Origin: Amoebidium appalachense
Lineage: Eukaryota > Protista > Ichthyosporea
Assembly (NCBI GenBank): GCA_963693365.1
Contig: CAVNZM010000012.1
Coordinates: 5,344,889-5,408,888, forward strand
Direction: 5' to 3'
Length of the DNA stretch: 64,000 nucleotides
The first letter of the stretch is position 1. Every line of letters begins with the position of its first letter. Both the position numbers and the translations under genes were made by a program. This document shows, in pieces, positions 1 to 33,060 of the stretch. Below the pieces are notes generated by a model, which saw nothing but the letters and a program-made list of their open reading frames with translations, searched no databases and was not told the origin of the DNA.

Positions 1-259
1 CGAACACACACAAACACACATCCCAACACACAGATCCACCATTCCTGAATTCCCTCGATGTGCTCCTATCACCCCCCACCCCCCCCCCCCCCTCCCGCCC
101 CCTACCCCCCCCCCCCCCCCCTCCCTCTCTCCGGCCCACCAACCACCACCTACACCCTCAACCACCCCACACAAACCACACCTCCCTCCCATGATAGGTA
201 TTCCCATCACCAAAACCTTCATTTCCTCCTGCTCACATCCACACAAAACGGGTGCCGCC

Positions 260-328
<69 letters not shown>

Positions 329-334
329 ACACAC

Positions 335-2689
<2,355 letters not shown>

Positions 2690-3873
2690 GTTGCGGTTAT
2701 TTTCTGCACGGCGTGCAGCCCTCCTGTTCTGAGTGTGTCTTGTCTGCCCAAATCTACTGCAGAGTGGTTGATGTTTTTATAGAATCCTCAGCTACACAGT
2801 GACTGCGATTGCGGGGGAACAAAGTACAGATTCAGCGCAAAAAGAAATCGAACGACACTCAAATGCAAGTGTAAACAGTAAGAGACCTGGGCAAGTGCAA
2901 TCTCTCGTAAACACTAAGGTGCTCGGTTTACACTTTTTGGAGTCGGTCCAAATTAACGTTAGAATTTGGGGCTCTTAGAACTGCCAGAGGTTTCGAGTAT
3001 GTAGCGTGAAGAGCACCGTGCAATATATTTCTTACGCTAACACTTTGTAGTGGAAGAAAGAAATAGCAGGGCAAAAAAGGAGGTTTGACTCGTTTTCTGT
3101 TGTCTGTTTATTGTGCATGTGTGAAAAAAAGGATAGCCTAAAAGGCAATTGGGTGACAACGTCAACATAAATCAGATTATACCACTGTAAATTTACAATG
3201 AAATATCCAATTTGCACAACCTCAAGTCCTCGAGGCTGCCGAAAATCACGGTATTGTAATTTATGCAGTGATTTGGTCGAGTGATAGCGCAAACGATCGG
3301 ATAGCGCAAACACTTCGGAGCGGAGCCTCAGTTGTTTGAGGAGTTGAACTTGCCAACATTCTTGGGGTTCAATTTTGTAACCAACGGAACATCTTCAAGT
3401 ACAACTAGGTGCCCTTTAATCCCGGAAGCATATTAGCATTCATGTTTTCAATGCTGGACAGTAAATTAAGAACAAGAGACGCTTTCTCCATGACCACGAT
3501 ACTGACCATCCGCACACGCCTTCTCTCTCTCTCTTTCTTTCTCCCCCTCTATCTACTCATCTCTCTCTCTCTCCGCCTCCATCCCCTCTCTCTCTTTCCC
3601 TTTAACCCCCCCCCCCCGCCCCCCCCTCTCTCTCTCTTGCACTTTCTCTTCTTTGTCTGTCTCTGATTATCTCTCTCTCTCCCTCCCTCCCTCTCCCCTC
3701 GCTCTCCTCTCTCCCTCCCTCTCTCCCCCCCCTCCCTTCCCCCCTCCCCCCTCCCCCTCCCCTCCATCTGAATCCCCTCCCCCCCCCCCCCCCCCCCGCC
3801 CGGGTTCATGATGCCCTCCTTTATTCTCCCAAACCTGCCCCCGTCCACTACTGCTAACTGAAGTACGGGCAGA
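2690..3873. promoter_or_regulatory. Divergent (head-to-head) promoter/5'UTR region between ISY1 and the BtuF-like gene
   Basis: Lies between two divergent start codons and is repeat-poor over 2700-3500. Contains a 12-bp direct repeat GATAGCGCAAAC (3283-3294, 3300-3311). A branch point/acceptor (ctgctaac...cag) just before the 3874 ATG implies a 5'UTR intron or an upstream exon. Confidence 0.5.
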
Positions 3874-4710
3874 ATGGCACTCCGGCCTCGTGTGATATCG
3901 GTGCTACCGTCAGCCACCGAGCTGCTTTGCCTCATTCCTGGGGGCAAGGACCTGCTGGTGAGTGCACAGATCTAGAACTTGCGTGCTACTTACTGTTACT
4001 TGATGTGTACACGTGCACGTTCATAAATCACACGCCACACGCACACGTACACACAGGCAGAGGCGTGCACACGTACAAGTAGCGCACACACTCTTCACTT
4101 GGACGTGCAGCATGTGCATACAAGCATTATAGTGAACTGTCCACACGCACGAAGGTAGGCAGGCACGCAGGCGAACAGGAAGGCATGCAGGCAAGGTTCG
4201 CGCGCACACACACGCACACACTTGTTTGCAAGGCGCCAATTAGACTGAGCTCTATGCACGGTTATCCACACATGCACGCATGGATACAAGGACTTTTTCA
4301 TGTCGCACAAAAGTGCACACCCACACAAACAACATCATCACACTTACAACCTTTTATGAAATCTGTACGCACATCTCTTTCCCCAACTTTCTTTCAGTAA
4401 AACTATGTCCCCTCCCCCCTCCCCCTCCCTACCCTAACCCCACTTTCCGGGCGGCCACCACACTAATCATACCTATGGTTGTCAAATCGTCTTTCTCAAA
4501 ACATCCCCCCCCTTCCCCACCCCACCCCCCCACCCCCCCCCTCCCCTACCCCCCTTCCTCCCTTCAGGTGGGGCGGTCTCACGAATGTGACTACCCGAAA
4601 GACATCAGCCACCTGCCCGTCCTCACTGCCGCACGTATCCGTGCAACAAACAGGTGTGTGCGTGTGTGCGTTTGTGTGTGGTTGTGGTGGTGGTGGTGGT
4701 GGTGGTGGGT

Positions 4711-4751
<41 letters not shown>

Positions 4752-4883
4752 GCAGGTTTTGATCCACTGAAGTATTTTCATTTTCCTGGCATGTCCCGGG
4801 GGTTCTGCCTTCCCCCCCCTATTCCCCCGAATAGTTTGTAACATTGCCAATGCTGCAATATACAGTTTTAGATATCTGTGAGA

Positions 4884-4919
<36 letters not shown>

Positions 4920-4934
4920 TTCCCCCCTCCCCCC

Positions 4935-4969
<35 letters not shown>

Positions 4970-5563
4970 CCCCTCCCCCTGGGGGGGGGTCTCTGCCCTC
5001 CAGGTTTGTGGGGAAAGTGACCTATGAAACGAGGCGCGGGGAGGATTCGGGAAGGGGGAGGGGGCGGGGGCGAAGGTGCGGACTAACTGGAGCTTAGATT
5101 CAGTTTCATTTTTAATGGATATGTTTTTTAAACCCGAATTTTTAGTCTGAGGCTACAATATAGTTTCTGAGCGCAGACGTCGATACGCAGGCCAAACCGC
5201 CATCATACAAGAGGTAGTCCCTGTACAGGTTCAGTTCAAAAAAAGGAAAAAAGGAAATATCATCAACAGCCTAATAATAGTATTTTGATTTTTTAGTGTG
5301 ATCTTAAATTTTATTTTTGCAGTGCAGACATTGATGCGCAGGTCAAAACGCCAATCCACCAGGGTCCAGTCCTGTTACTGGTTCAGTTTGAGGTTTTATT
5401 TTTTTAATTTAAGTTTGAGTTTGATGTTAATATATATTTTTTTGCAGTGCAGACATTGATGCGCAGGTCAAAGCAGCCATCCACGAGGGGCAGTCTTTGT
5501 ACACACTGGACGAGGAGGGGGTGAAGGCTCTGAGGCCTGACGTCATCCTCACACAGGGTGTGT

Positions 5564-5642
<79 letters not shown>

Positions 5643-5738
5643 TGTGTATGTGTACGTGTGTGTGGGTGTGCGTGTGCGTGTACGTGTGTGTGTGTACGTG
5701 TGCGTGTGTGTACGTGTACACGTGTGTGTGTACGTGTA

Positions 5739-5814
<76 letters not shown>

Positions 5815-7099
5815 CGCGCGCGCGCGCGCGTACGCGCGCTTGTGTATGGTGCGCATGGTGCATGTAGATTGGGAGTGGAAGTTGAACAATTGCATTTACA
5901 TCACTGCATATATGTGCCAGCTTTCAGCTGCTTACAACCCTCTTATCAGATAATAGACACACAATCCAACGATCTTACATGCATGTATATGGTGTTCTGT
6001 TTTAGAACCATTGCTCATGCACACATAAACCTCCCCCCCCCCCCCCCCCCCCCCCCGCTGCGCCCGGTCCGATGATGGGCTCTTTTTTGGATTGGCAAGG
6101 TTTTTTTTTTGTTTTTTTTTGGGGGGGGAGGGGGGGGGAGGGGGGCTGGTCTTTATATATTCTTGTGTCTTTTGAAGTCTCCACATGTATAATCACGACC
6201 CTCTAATGGTTACAACCCCCCCCCCCCCCCCCCCCCCCACACCCCTCCCTCCCTCCCTGCCTGTTGTCAGACCTGTGTGATGTGTGCAGCATCGATCTTG
6301 TGACGGTCGAGAGGCTGGCCCACTCCATGAACCCACGCCCAAAAGTGGTTAACCTTAACCCCATGGGATTGGCTGACGTGCTTGAGGACATCACCAAAGT
6401 ATGTCTGCCTACAAACATCCCCTCCCCCCTCCCCCCCCCCCCCCCCCTCCCCCCCCCCCCCCCCCCCCCCCGGGCGCCCACCTGCTCGCCCGGTGAGTGG
6501 GTAGATATATGGAGGTGATGCTCATGTGTATGTGTGTGTGTGTGTGTCGGGAGGGGAGGGGGGGATGACGGTGGGGCAGGGGGGGAGGGGGGGGGGGGGG
6601 GGGGGAAGGGGAAGTGGGGGGAAAGGGGGAAGTGGGGAAAGGGGGTGGTGTGTTGTACAAAAATATGAAAAGAGTGGATGTTGAAACGAACTAGAGCAGG
6701 GCAGTGAACACGATGGTGTGTGGCTGCCTGTACCGGGCGCTGGTTTGGTGAGATTAAGCTGGGATACGGATACAACACCTAAGCTTCTTTAACCCCCCCC
6801 CCCCCCCCCAAAAAAAAAAAAAAAATAATAATAAAATAATAATAATAATAATAATAATAAAATAATGATAATAATGATAATAATTTTAACAATAGTAGTA
6901 GTAATAATAATACTAATATTAACAACTACAACAACAACAACAACAGTAACAAAAACATTAATAATAATAATAGAAAAAACCACACACCATAGATCGGGGA
7001 GGCTGTAGGACTTGTCTCCGAGGCAGCGCAGGCACGGAATGGGCTGCAGCAGAGAATAGACCGTGCAACGTCATTGGTGGACAGGTGTGTGTGTGTGTG

Positions 7100-7135
<36 letters not shown>

Positions 7136-8292
7136 AGGGAGGGAGGGAGGAGGGGCTGGGAGGGGGACCTTATGGGGAAAGTTGTGATGTGTTTGTTGTG
7201 TGTGTGTATGGTGGTGGTGGTGGGTAGGGGCTGGGGAGGGGGGGGGAGGGGGAGAGGCGGGGGGGGGGGGGGGGATTGCTGTTGTCCCCCCCCCCCCCCC
7301 CCCCGCCTCCCCTGCTGCCCCCTACACCCCAGTCTGAGATCTGTCGTCACCTACGGGCTGACCACCACGTGTGGTTTTGACGAGTTGTTCTTAACATAAA
7401 TCACATGTCATTTGGAGAGACTAGCCCCACTACCATCCTTGACGTGTGTAGTTTTTGCTTTTGCTTATAATCATCTCTTCCCCCTCCCCCCCTCCCCCCC
7501 CCCCCCCCCCCCCTCCCCCCCCCCTCCCCTCCCCCCTCCCCCCCCCCCCCCCCCCCCTCACCACCACCATCACCACCACCACCCACGTTCCAATGTGTAG
7601 TGTTTACATTCCACGTGACTTGTTCATAATACAAGGCCTATTTTGTCTTATATAGCATGCCATATTATTGTCTTATATTATATCCTACCACATAATTTGC
7701 TCATACGCTACCACATATTACAGGAGTAGGCCCCCGGTGAATGTTGGTTGGGTGGAGTGGATCGATCCGATCTTTGTGGCCGGCCATTGGACACCCGAGC
7801 TGATTGAAATGGCCGGAGGTGTACACCCACTCAACAAGGTTCCTCCTCCCCCCCCCCCCCCCCCCCCCCCTTTGAGGATGGGCTCTGCTTATGATGCATA
7901 TATACTCAGGTGTGCTCTCTTTTTTGCAGAGTCTGGCTCGGTTGTCTGCTGTTTTGCTGCAAATGTGTGCTTCATACTCTTTAATAACTTCTAATCCCCC
8001 CCCCAACCACAACCACCACCATACACACACACCCTTCCATTCGGACACACAAACATAACCGCACCTATGTACACATCACCATGGCCACCCCTGTACACAT
8101 GCCAGCACCTAGGAACACAGTTATCCCCTGACGGAAGCACCCGATGCTTCCCCTCGACACCCACATTATCACCGTGTGTTTCTCTTGTTTTGGCTTGGTA
8201 GATCAACTGTGGCACAGGATTATAACTTTTTTCTTTCCTTCTTTCCTCCCCCTCCCCCCTACCCACCCACCCACACCACCCACCTACCCCCC

Positions 8293-8385
<93 letters not shown>

Positions 8386-9646
8386 CCCTACGGTAAGAGT
8401 GTGCAGGTGCCCGACACCACCTTTGCAGCGTCTGACCCCGACTGTGTTGCCGTGTGTCCTTGTGGGTTCGACCTGGCCGTCACCAAAAAGGTGCTGTTCC
8501 CCTCCCCTCCCCCTCCCCCTCCCCCATTCCGCCTCTATCTCTCTCTTCCCTTTCCCCGGCCCTACCCCCCTCTAACAATTCCAACCCCCCCCCCCCCCCC
8601 CCCCCCCCCTTTCTTTCGAGGGACCCAGAATTTAAAGAAAAAGACAAAAAAACAAAAAATGAAAGAAACCTAACGCGAAAAAATATGAGCCGGGGAACGG
8701 AATCATCTAGGATACATCATCATCTCATTCCACACCAGGGTACCTGCCCCTCCCCCCCCTCTCCCCCCCTCCCCACCCCCCACCCCTCCCCCCTCGCCCC
8801 CCCTCTCCCCTCCCCCCCCTTTGAAACAGTATCTGAGTTGGGTTTCGTTAACGAGGGGAATAGGTCGAAACTCGGGTACTGTGGATGACGTGGGCCCCCC
8901 CTGAGGATGGGCTCTGCTTATTATGCATACTCTTTATGTATGGCTTGCATTCTGCATCGTGTTATCCGTTTGTTCTTGTGTACTTCGTACTTTTTGACGC
9001 ATTCAAACCCCCCCCCCCCCCCGCTTTTTTTTTTTAGCACCTGCTGATTGTAGTGAGCAGGAAATAAGTGCTTTGTCGACAAAGCCGTGGTTTGGGCAAC
9101 TCCGGGCGGTGAAGGAGGGGAGGGTGGTGCTTGTGGATGGCAACCAGATGTTTAATAGGCCCGGGCCCCGATTGGTTGACGGGTTGGAGGTGGGTAAAGC
9201 GGAATGCTTGCTTTTGCTTGTCTAAAGGAAGGCCTGCATGCGCTTTTTGCTTTTTTTGTGTGTGTACAGGTAGGGATGTGATAGTTGGGTGGTGGTGGTG
9301 TAAAGGTTCTTTCTGAAAGGGGTGATTGAAAGGGAAATACGACAGGTGAGTGTCGTTTCGGGTTGTTGGTTGTATGCAGTGTTTATGTTCAAACCCTTAA
9401 GAATCAGCTGTGCAGAGATGTGTGTGTACATAAATGCCTCTTGCCTGTGGGTGGCACTCACGCATTTCATTGAAATGAGACACGTGTCAACGGGATCGTT
9501 TGTATTGGTGGCATGTGAGTGTGTGTGTGCGTGCGCATGTGTCAGTGTTTGCTTTTTTTTTCCCCCCTCTTGTGTGTGTTCTGTGTGTTTGTGTGTGGGT
9601 GTGTGGGTGGGTGGGTGGGTGGGGGTTTGTGTGTGTGTGTGTGGGT

Positions 9647-9679
<33 letters not shown>

Positions 9680-10096
9680 TGGGTGGGTGGGTGGAATGGT
9701 AAGGGGGGGAGGGAAGGGAAAGAAGAAAAACGAACCTCGTTACAAGGTTTAAGAAACATACATGATCTGGAGGGCTGTAGACGGGTAGGAAGTCATGAAG
9801 AGCGTGATGACAGGCTTGTTGAATTGAGAGATGCAAGATGTATCTTGGGGAATATATGAGCTCCTCTAAATAATCAGTCTGTAGTCGCAGACAGTTGCAA
9901 TAAGCGAACTTTTGTACAGGAATATAAACAACCTACTATGTATAAGACAGTAAACCGTAAACCATTACTTTGGGTTGGGTAGGGGAGCAATAATTCTGAC
10001 TGTTTTTGGGCTGTGCAGTATCTTGTTGGTTGGCTGCAGCGCAAGCCGGAGGTCATCCCAAAAGACTTCCCGTGGGAGGAGTGGACCACCCAGTAG
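3874..10096 (+). CDS. BtuF/TroA-like (periplasmic-binding-protein fold) cobalamin/Fe-siderophore-binding protein, ~308 aa, 9 exons
   Basis: Exons 3874-3957, 4568-4653, 5448-5557, 6271-6398, 6993-7084, 7724-7838, 8386-8490, 9061-9189, 10019-10096; all GT-AG, 927 nt in frame. Motifs [68 protein letters not shown] and [16 protein letters not shown] typify the bacterial BtuF-like ABC substrate-binding family. Confidence 0.9.
5170..5400 (+). repeat. Two degenerate tandem copies of the exon-3 acceptor and exon start of the BtuF-like gene
   Basis: tttttgcagtgcagacattgatgcgcaggtcaaa at ~5314 is identical to ~5439; a more decayed copy (gcgcagacgtcgatacgcaggccaaa) lies at ~5171. Confidence 0.75.
7873..7990 (+). 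mobile_element. 5'-truncated diverged copy of the intronic repeat
   Basis: tgaggatgggctctgcttatgatgcata and tgtgtgcttcatactctttaa align with the 3' half of 8822-9007; flanked by poly-C; in BtuF-like intron 6. Confidence 0.7.
8822..9007 (+). mobile_element. Full-length 186-bp dispersed intronic repeat (non-coding, hairpin-forming)
   Basis: Exact reverse complement of 22355-22540; followed by poly-C; in BtuF-like intron 7. Confidence 0.85.
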
Positions 10097-10312
10097 CTCG
10101 AAGACTGTGTGTGTGTGTGTGTGGTTGTATGTGTGTGTGCGTTTTTTCTTTCTTATTTTCTTTCTGTACGTGCAATTTTTGATTTTCATTTTTAGTTTTC
10201 ATTTGTATATTTTTATCTTTTTCTTCCTTTCTCACAGACCTTTTTCTCTTTTCTTTTCTTTCTTTCTTTCTTTCTTTCTTTTTTTTTTTTTTGGGTGGTG
10301 GTGTGTGTGTGT

Positions 10313-10353
<41 letters not shown>

Positions 10354-10848
10354 GCAATGACTGCTGTGTACCAGACCGGTCACACACTAACGATTCGCAA
10401 CTGAATGAATGCACGTGATAACGAGAAAGCACACACACATGGACACTTGATTGCACACCATGGTCACGTGATTATGGCCCACATCAAATGTTTAGTAGTT
10501 TATGGATTCGAATGTGTATTCACCACCAAATAAAGAAGTCGTGCTGGTACACAACGTTTTGCACACCGCGGTCGTGGCATATTATCCATTTAATGTCCAA
10601 TAAACGCCTAAGGGAAACAGGTGTCGGAGGAGCAGAGGAGTCGACTCCTTTCAAAAACCCTCCTGTCTGTTTCACCTTTAAACCGGCAAATGTGCAAAGT
10701 CTACTGGCTAATGGGCTAACATAGCATGGAGCAACCTTTACCCTAACTCGGTAGTGTCATGGTAGTCACTGTTTAATTTTTTAAAGCAGAAAATGCACTT
10801 CTGTAGACCTACTTGTCAACATCCACAGCCGGTGTGGATCTCTGAGTT

Positions 10849-10915
<67 letters not shown>

Positions 10916-11967
10916 AAAAAAAAAAAAAAGGGAATAATACCAACAGGAATCGTCACAAAAATAATGCTCGTCACATTAGTTGCAAAAGAAATGAAATTAA
11001 AAAGACACTGTACTATTTAGTCCATAGTGTGATTATAAGAAAGATATCCATCCATAAATGCATTCGAATTCCTATGCACCATTATAAGTGCTGTACGGTA
11101 TACGTATTACTTAGGTGTGTCTATTCATCCACATGTATACATGTACTCATACTCGACATGCACGGGAAATTAGGCCATTGAGTACATATGTATACATACG
11201 GTTCTATAAAACACGATCGAACAGTCATTCCAAACAGTTTAAAATGCCCCACATCCATACTGGATTCAAACCTACTTATGAATGCCGGTGCAACCTGCCA
11301 TATATGTTGCATTCTATTCATGCAAAAACTGTGCTTGCTGTTGGCTTGCGTGCATACAGGATTTGAAAGCCCAAACAGCGTGCAACAATGTTTAACTTAT
11401 ACTATTACAACATAATGCTTTGAGCCCATCTTAACACATCAGCCCATCAATATATTTATCGAACATTAATGGTTGGCACACTGCAAAGATTATCGGCTGC
11501 AGGCCAGTTTACTAATGACTTACCAATCGGTAAGGGATTATTAGACTACTCATCATATTATAGCTACCACCTACTCTACCGGTCAACTCAAACACTATGC
11601 CGTTTCCTTCGTGCATTTCTTCTAGACTAAGATAATCGAGGGGGTAAAAAAAAAAAAAGAGTGCATGTGCATGCGCATGTTTGTGTGCGGTTGCGTGCAC
11701 GTGCAATTCAATAGCATCTTCACCAATGACACGGTCACCTTCCTCTATTATTCACTGTAACGGGTAGTGTGCATATATAAATGCACACTCAAAGCTGGCA
11801 TGTATGTTCTGCAGGCACACACGTGCCTCTCTTGTGCCCACAATTAGTTACAATGTCTTCGCCTGACTGGTGTCTTGCTGCAACTTCAGCCCATTTACAA
11901 ACCCCAAATCCATATAGCCAGATCTTCCCCTCCCTGATCTGATCTTGCAAGCACCAGCCCATCTCTC

Positions 11968-30252
<18,285 letters not shown>

Positions 30253-32169
30253 TGCGGCTGCTATCAGGGAGTGGTTCGCATCCTCTTCAAGATGCGCTCA
30301 GCTCTCTTAAGCAGAACAAAAATATGCGGGGGCTGCATGAGTTTAGGGCACACGAAACGTACGCGGGTACCGTGCCCGGGGCCCAGTATGAACACCAAGC
30401 CCGTGGTACCCTTTTCGGTCACGTTAGTCAGCCCCACCGACACGAAGGGTGGTAATGCGATGTTCACTGTTCCTAACCTCTCGATAATATGAAGACACCC
30501 TCACCTTCGAATCATGTTGCATGCTCCGGAATTTTAGCCGCCCGGGCCCCTCAGAAACGGGCGGACTTGATTCTTGAAATATTCGGCCTCAATCCGGTTC
30601 GGTCAGTTCGAGCTTCACAAGCTTGATTTCAGAACGAATGGCCCGGTCGCCATCTGTTACAGCGTAACCTACATTTTCCAAGTCCGGAAGGGGTGTCACT
30701 ACTTGAAAACCATATGATAGCTCTCCTTATATACCCAACATAGACTCAGCCAGTTTTCAAGTAATTGATTTTATCATTACTTCAGCAGCAAAAAGGGCAC
30801 AATCACCGCCAAGCCCAGTTTTCATTACGAACCGAACCCTTCAAGAACTGCTACGGTTCGATTTGACTCGATCCTAGTCTGGACCGCAAGTGATATGACT
30901 CACTTCGGCATGCTGGGATTGGGTAAATGCGCACCATGGTATTTAGGCGGAGGAGGGAAAGGCTTGTACGTGTGTGTGTGGAGGGGGGGGGGGGGGGGGG
31001 GGGGGGGGGAGGGGGGGGAGTATGTGCTTGCGTGCCAGTTAGCTCTTGAAGAAGTACCATTGTGCGGAGCATCATTGGTTCATGTATGCCAAGCCTTGTG
31101 TGCGTAGCCTATAGCTAGGGCTTAGCCAAGAATTCGAGAGTTCGATTCAGTGGCTGCAGTTGCTGTACGTGTGAAGAAAATAAATTGAAAAGAATGAGCT
31201 CGATATACCTAGTATCAGAGGCCAGCTGTAAAACTCGACGTATTTACACACGTCATAGTGCACGTGTACAGTTGCTAGCAATATACGGAGTAAGGAATGG
31301 CACCAAACAGATTCGAGCAGGAGAATCTAGAGTGTTCTAAACTTAAGTGTATCTATCATCTTGAGGAGTGTACTCACTACTTTGGGGTCATGTTGCTGAA
31401 AAATATCGACCTTTCATTCTTATAACCGTTGTCTTGTGCAGGTGCGTTACAAAGGGTGCCGTATAACGCAGGTATGCGCATGTGCATCGTTCTCTCCCTT
31501 TTCTCTTCCAGTTCTCTCCCTGCTCTCTCCGGCCTGTCTATCTGCCACGTTGTGTGCATGCGCGGTCTGTGTGCTCAAGTTGTTTGTGTGCTCGGACCTA
31601 GCGTGCGCGACGACTTGTCATTTCAAACAGTGCGCAACTATTCTCGTAGGATCCCACGGTGCGAACGTATATGTATGAACACAGGCCTAGGCATATGACA
31701 TCACGCGTTACGATTCGCCTAAAGGTGTTTTGGCGGCGGCTCCGTCAGTTTGTCTTGTGCGTACTTTGAAAGGAAGCGATTTGTCAGTCGAATTCAGTTT
31801 CTGTGAACTCGAGGCAAAGCTTGAGGCAAGCTCTTGCATTTGGCAAACACAACTGGATCTTGTGACACTTGACGAACAACAAGATTAGCAGTCGGTGCTC
31901 GTAGCTTGGGGGAAATGGAAAATGGTCTGAAAAATACAACACATGTGTAAAGAACGGAGAAGGCCATAAGCCTTGCACGCGAGAGCAGCTCATGAGAGCC
32001 GTAGGCAGTTCTTTTGCATTCTAATTTCTGGGGCGGTACCGGTGACTGCGCCACAAAAAAACCTTCAATATGGTGCCCAATCTAGGAGGCGTGAATTTGG
32101 TTCACCAAACTTCGAACTTTGGGCTTCTAGCACCTATATTAGCCTCAACTTCGCCAAGGTTTTTATGTT

Positions 32170-32291
32170 TTTCAGTCACGGACTAGCTCACAAGTTCACT
32201 GGTGCCACTCCTGCGGCAAAGAACTCGAGCTTTCAGTCACGGACTAGCTCACAAGTTCACTGGTGCCACTCCTGCGGCAAAGAACTCGAGC
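32170..32291. repeat. Perfect 61-bp tandem duplication
   Basis: 32170-32230 is identical to 32231-32291. Confidence 0.95.
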
Positions 32292-32383
32292 TCCTCCGAG
32301 CCTCCTCGCCGGCGCATCTCGATGTCTCGCCCGGTCACTCTCGTGTTCGGGTATGCCGAATGCCGTATATATGCGCGCCTACT

Positions 32384-32416
32384 CTGATTGGTTTATTTTG
32401 GCGCCAAAGCAATCAG
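32384..32416. promoter_or_regulatory. Palindromic E2F-like site TTTGGCGCCAAA flanked by inverted CCAAT-like boxes
   Basis: ctgattg(g) 32384-32391, TTTGGCGCCAAA 32397-32408, caatcag 32410-32416; about 650 bp upstream of the 33061 ATG. Confidence 0.4.
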
Positions 32417-33060
32417 GTTAACCTAATTTGGTGACACGAAATCCATTTACGGTGGTGACTTCACTAGTCTCACTTCCCCTACTCTTTGGTTCGAGAGGTT
32501 GTGTGTGGTTTTTCGTGTTTTTGGAGTCTGAAAAGCCGCTGAGCGAGGAGGAAACCGAGCTTGGATATAGCGCGGGCGTGCTTGTTCACGGCATGGGCGT
32601 GAAGGTGCGTGGGGGAGACAGGTTACTGCGCACCAGCCTGCCAGGTAGCAGATCGCCTATGGGTGGAGGTCGTTTTGTGGATCCAGATGAGGGTGTTGTC
32701 CCACAGTTTAGTTCAGAAGGGGTGGAAAACTTTTACGTTTGTAGACTTTCCAGTTATAATTACTTTTTTGGGAGGTCTTTTGTTCAAAGAACATCTTGTG
32801 GTCAGCATCTTAGGTCTCAAGGTAGAGGATGCAGAAATGCAACACGAGTCTCAAAACGGAATTATGGGGTGCCTGTGGCTCCATTTCCTCCTTACACGTT
32901 TCGAAGGATTTCAGTTCATGTGGAGATAAATTAAAACTTTGCCCTATCAATTAATTTACCCGCAAGACAACTCTAAAGAACTCTGACCATTCATGTTGTG
33001 GTTGCAGAAGCATCAACTTTCCATATTTACGGAAACGAGAGGTCACATTCAACAGCAAGG

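Noticed and set aside
8880-8905. Box C/D snoRNA-like words (tggatga, ctga) in the repeat
   Set aside because: The boxes are only ~12 nt apart, are internal rather than terminal, and no guide sequence is evident.
8860-8915. Hammerhead-like words (CGAAAC...GUA and CUGAGGA) in the intronic repeat
   Set aside because: Stem I cannot form next to the core in either permutation and stem II is weak.
31110-31160. tRNA/SINE-like B-box (gttcgattc)
   Set aside because: No cloverleaf or properly spaced A-box can be built.
32428-32934. 168-aa non-repetitive ORF upstream of orphan gene A
   Set aside because: Non-ATG start, no recognisable motif and no counterpart upstream of paralog B; probably promoter/UTR sequence.
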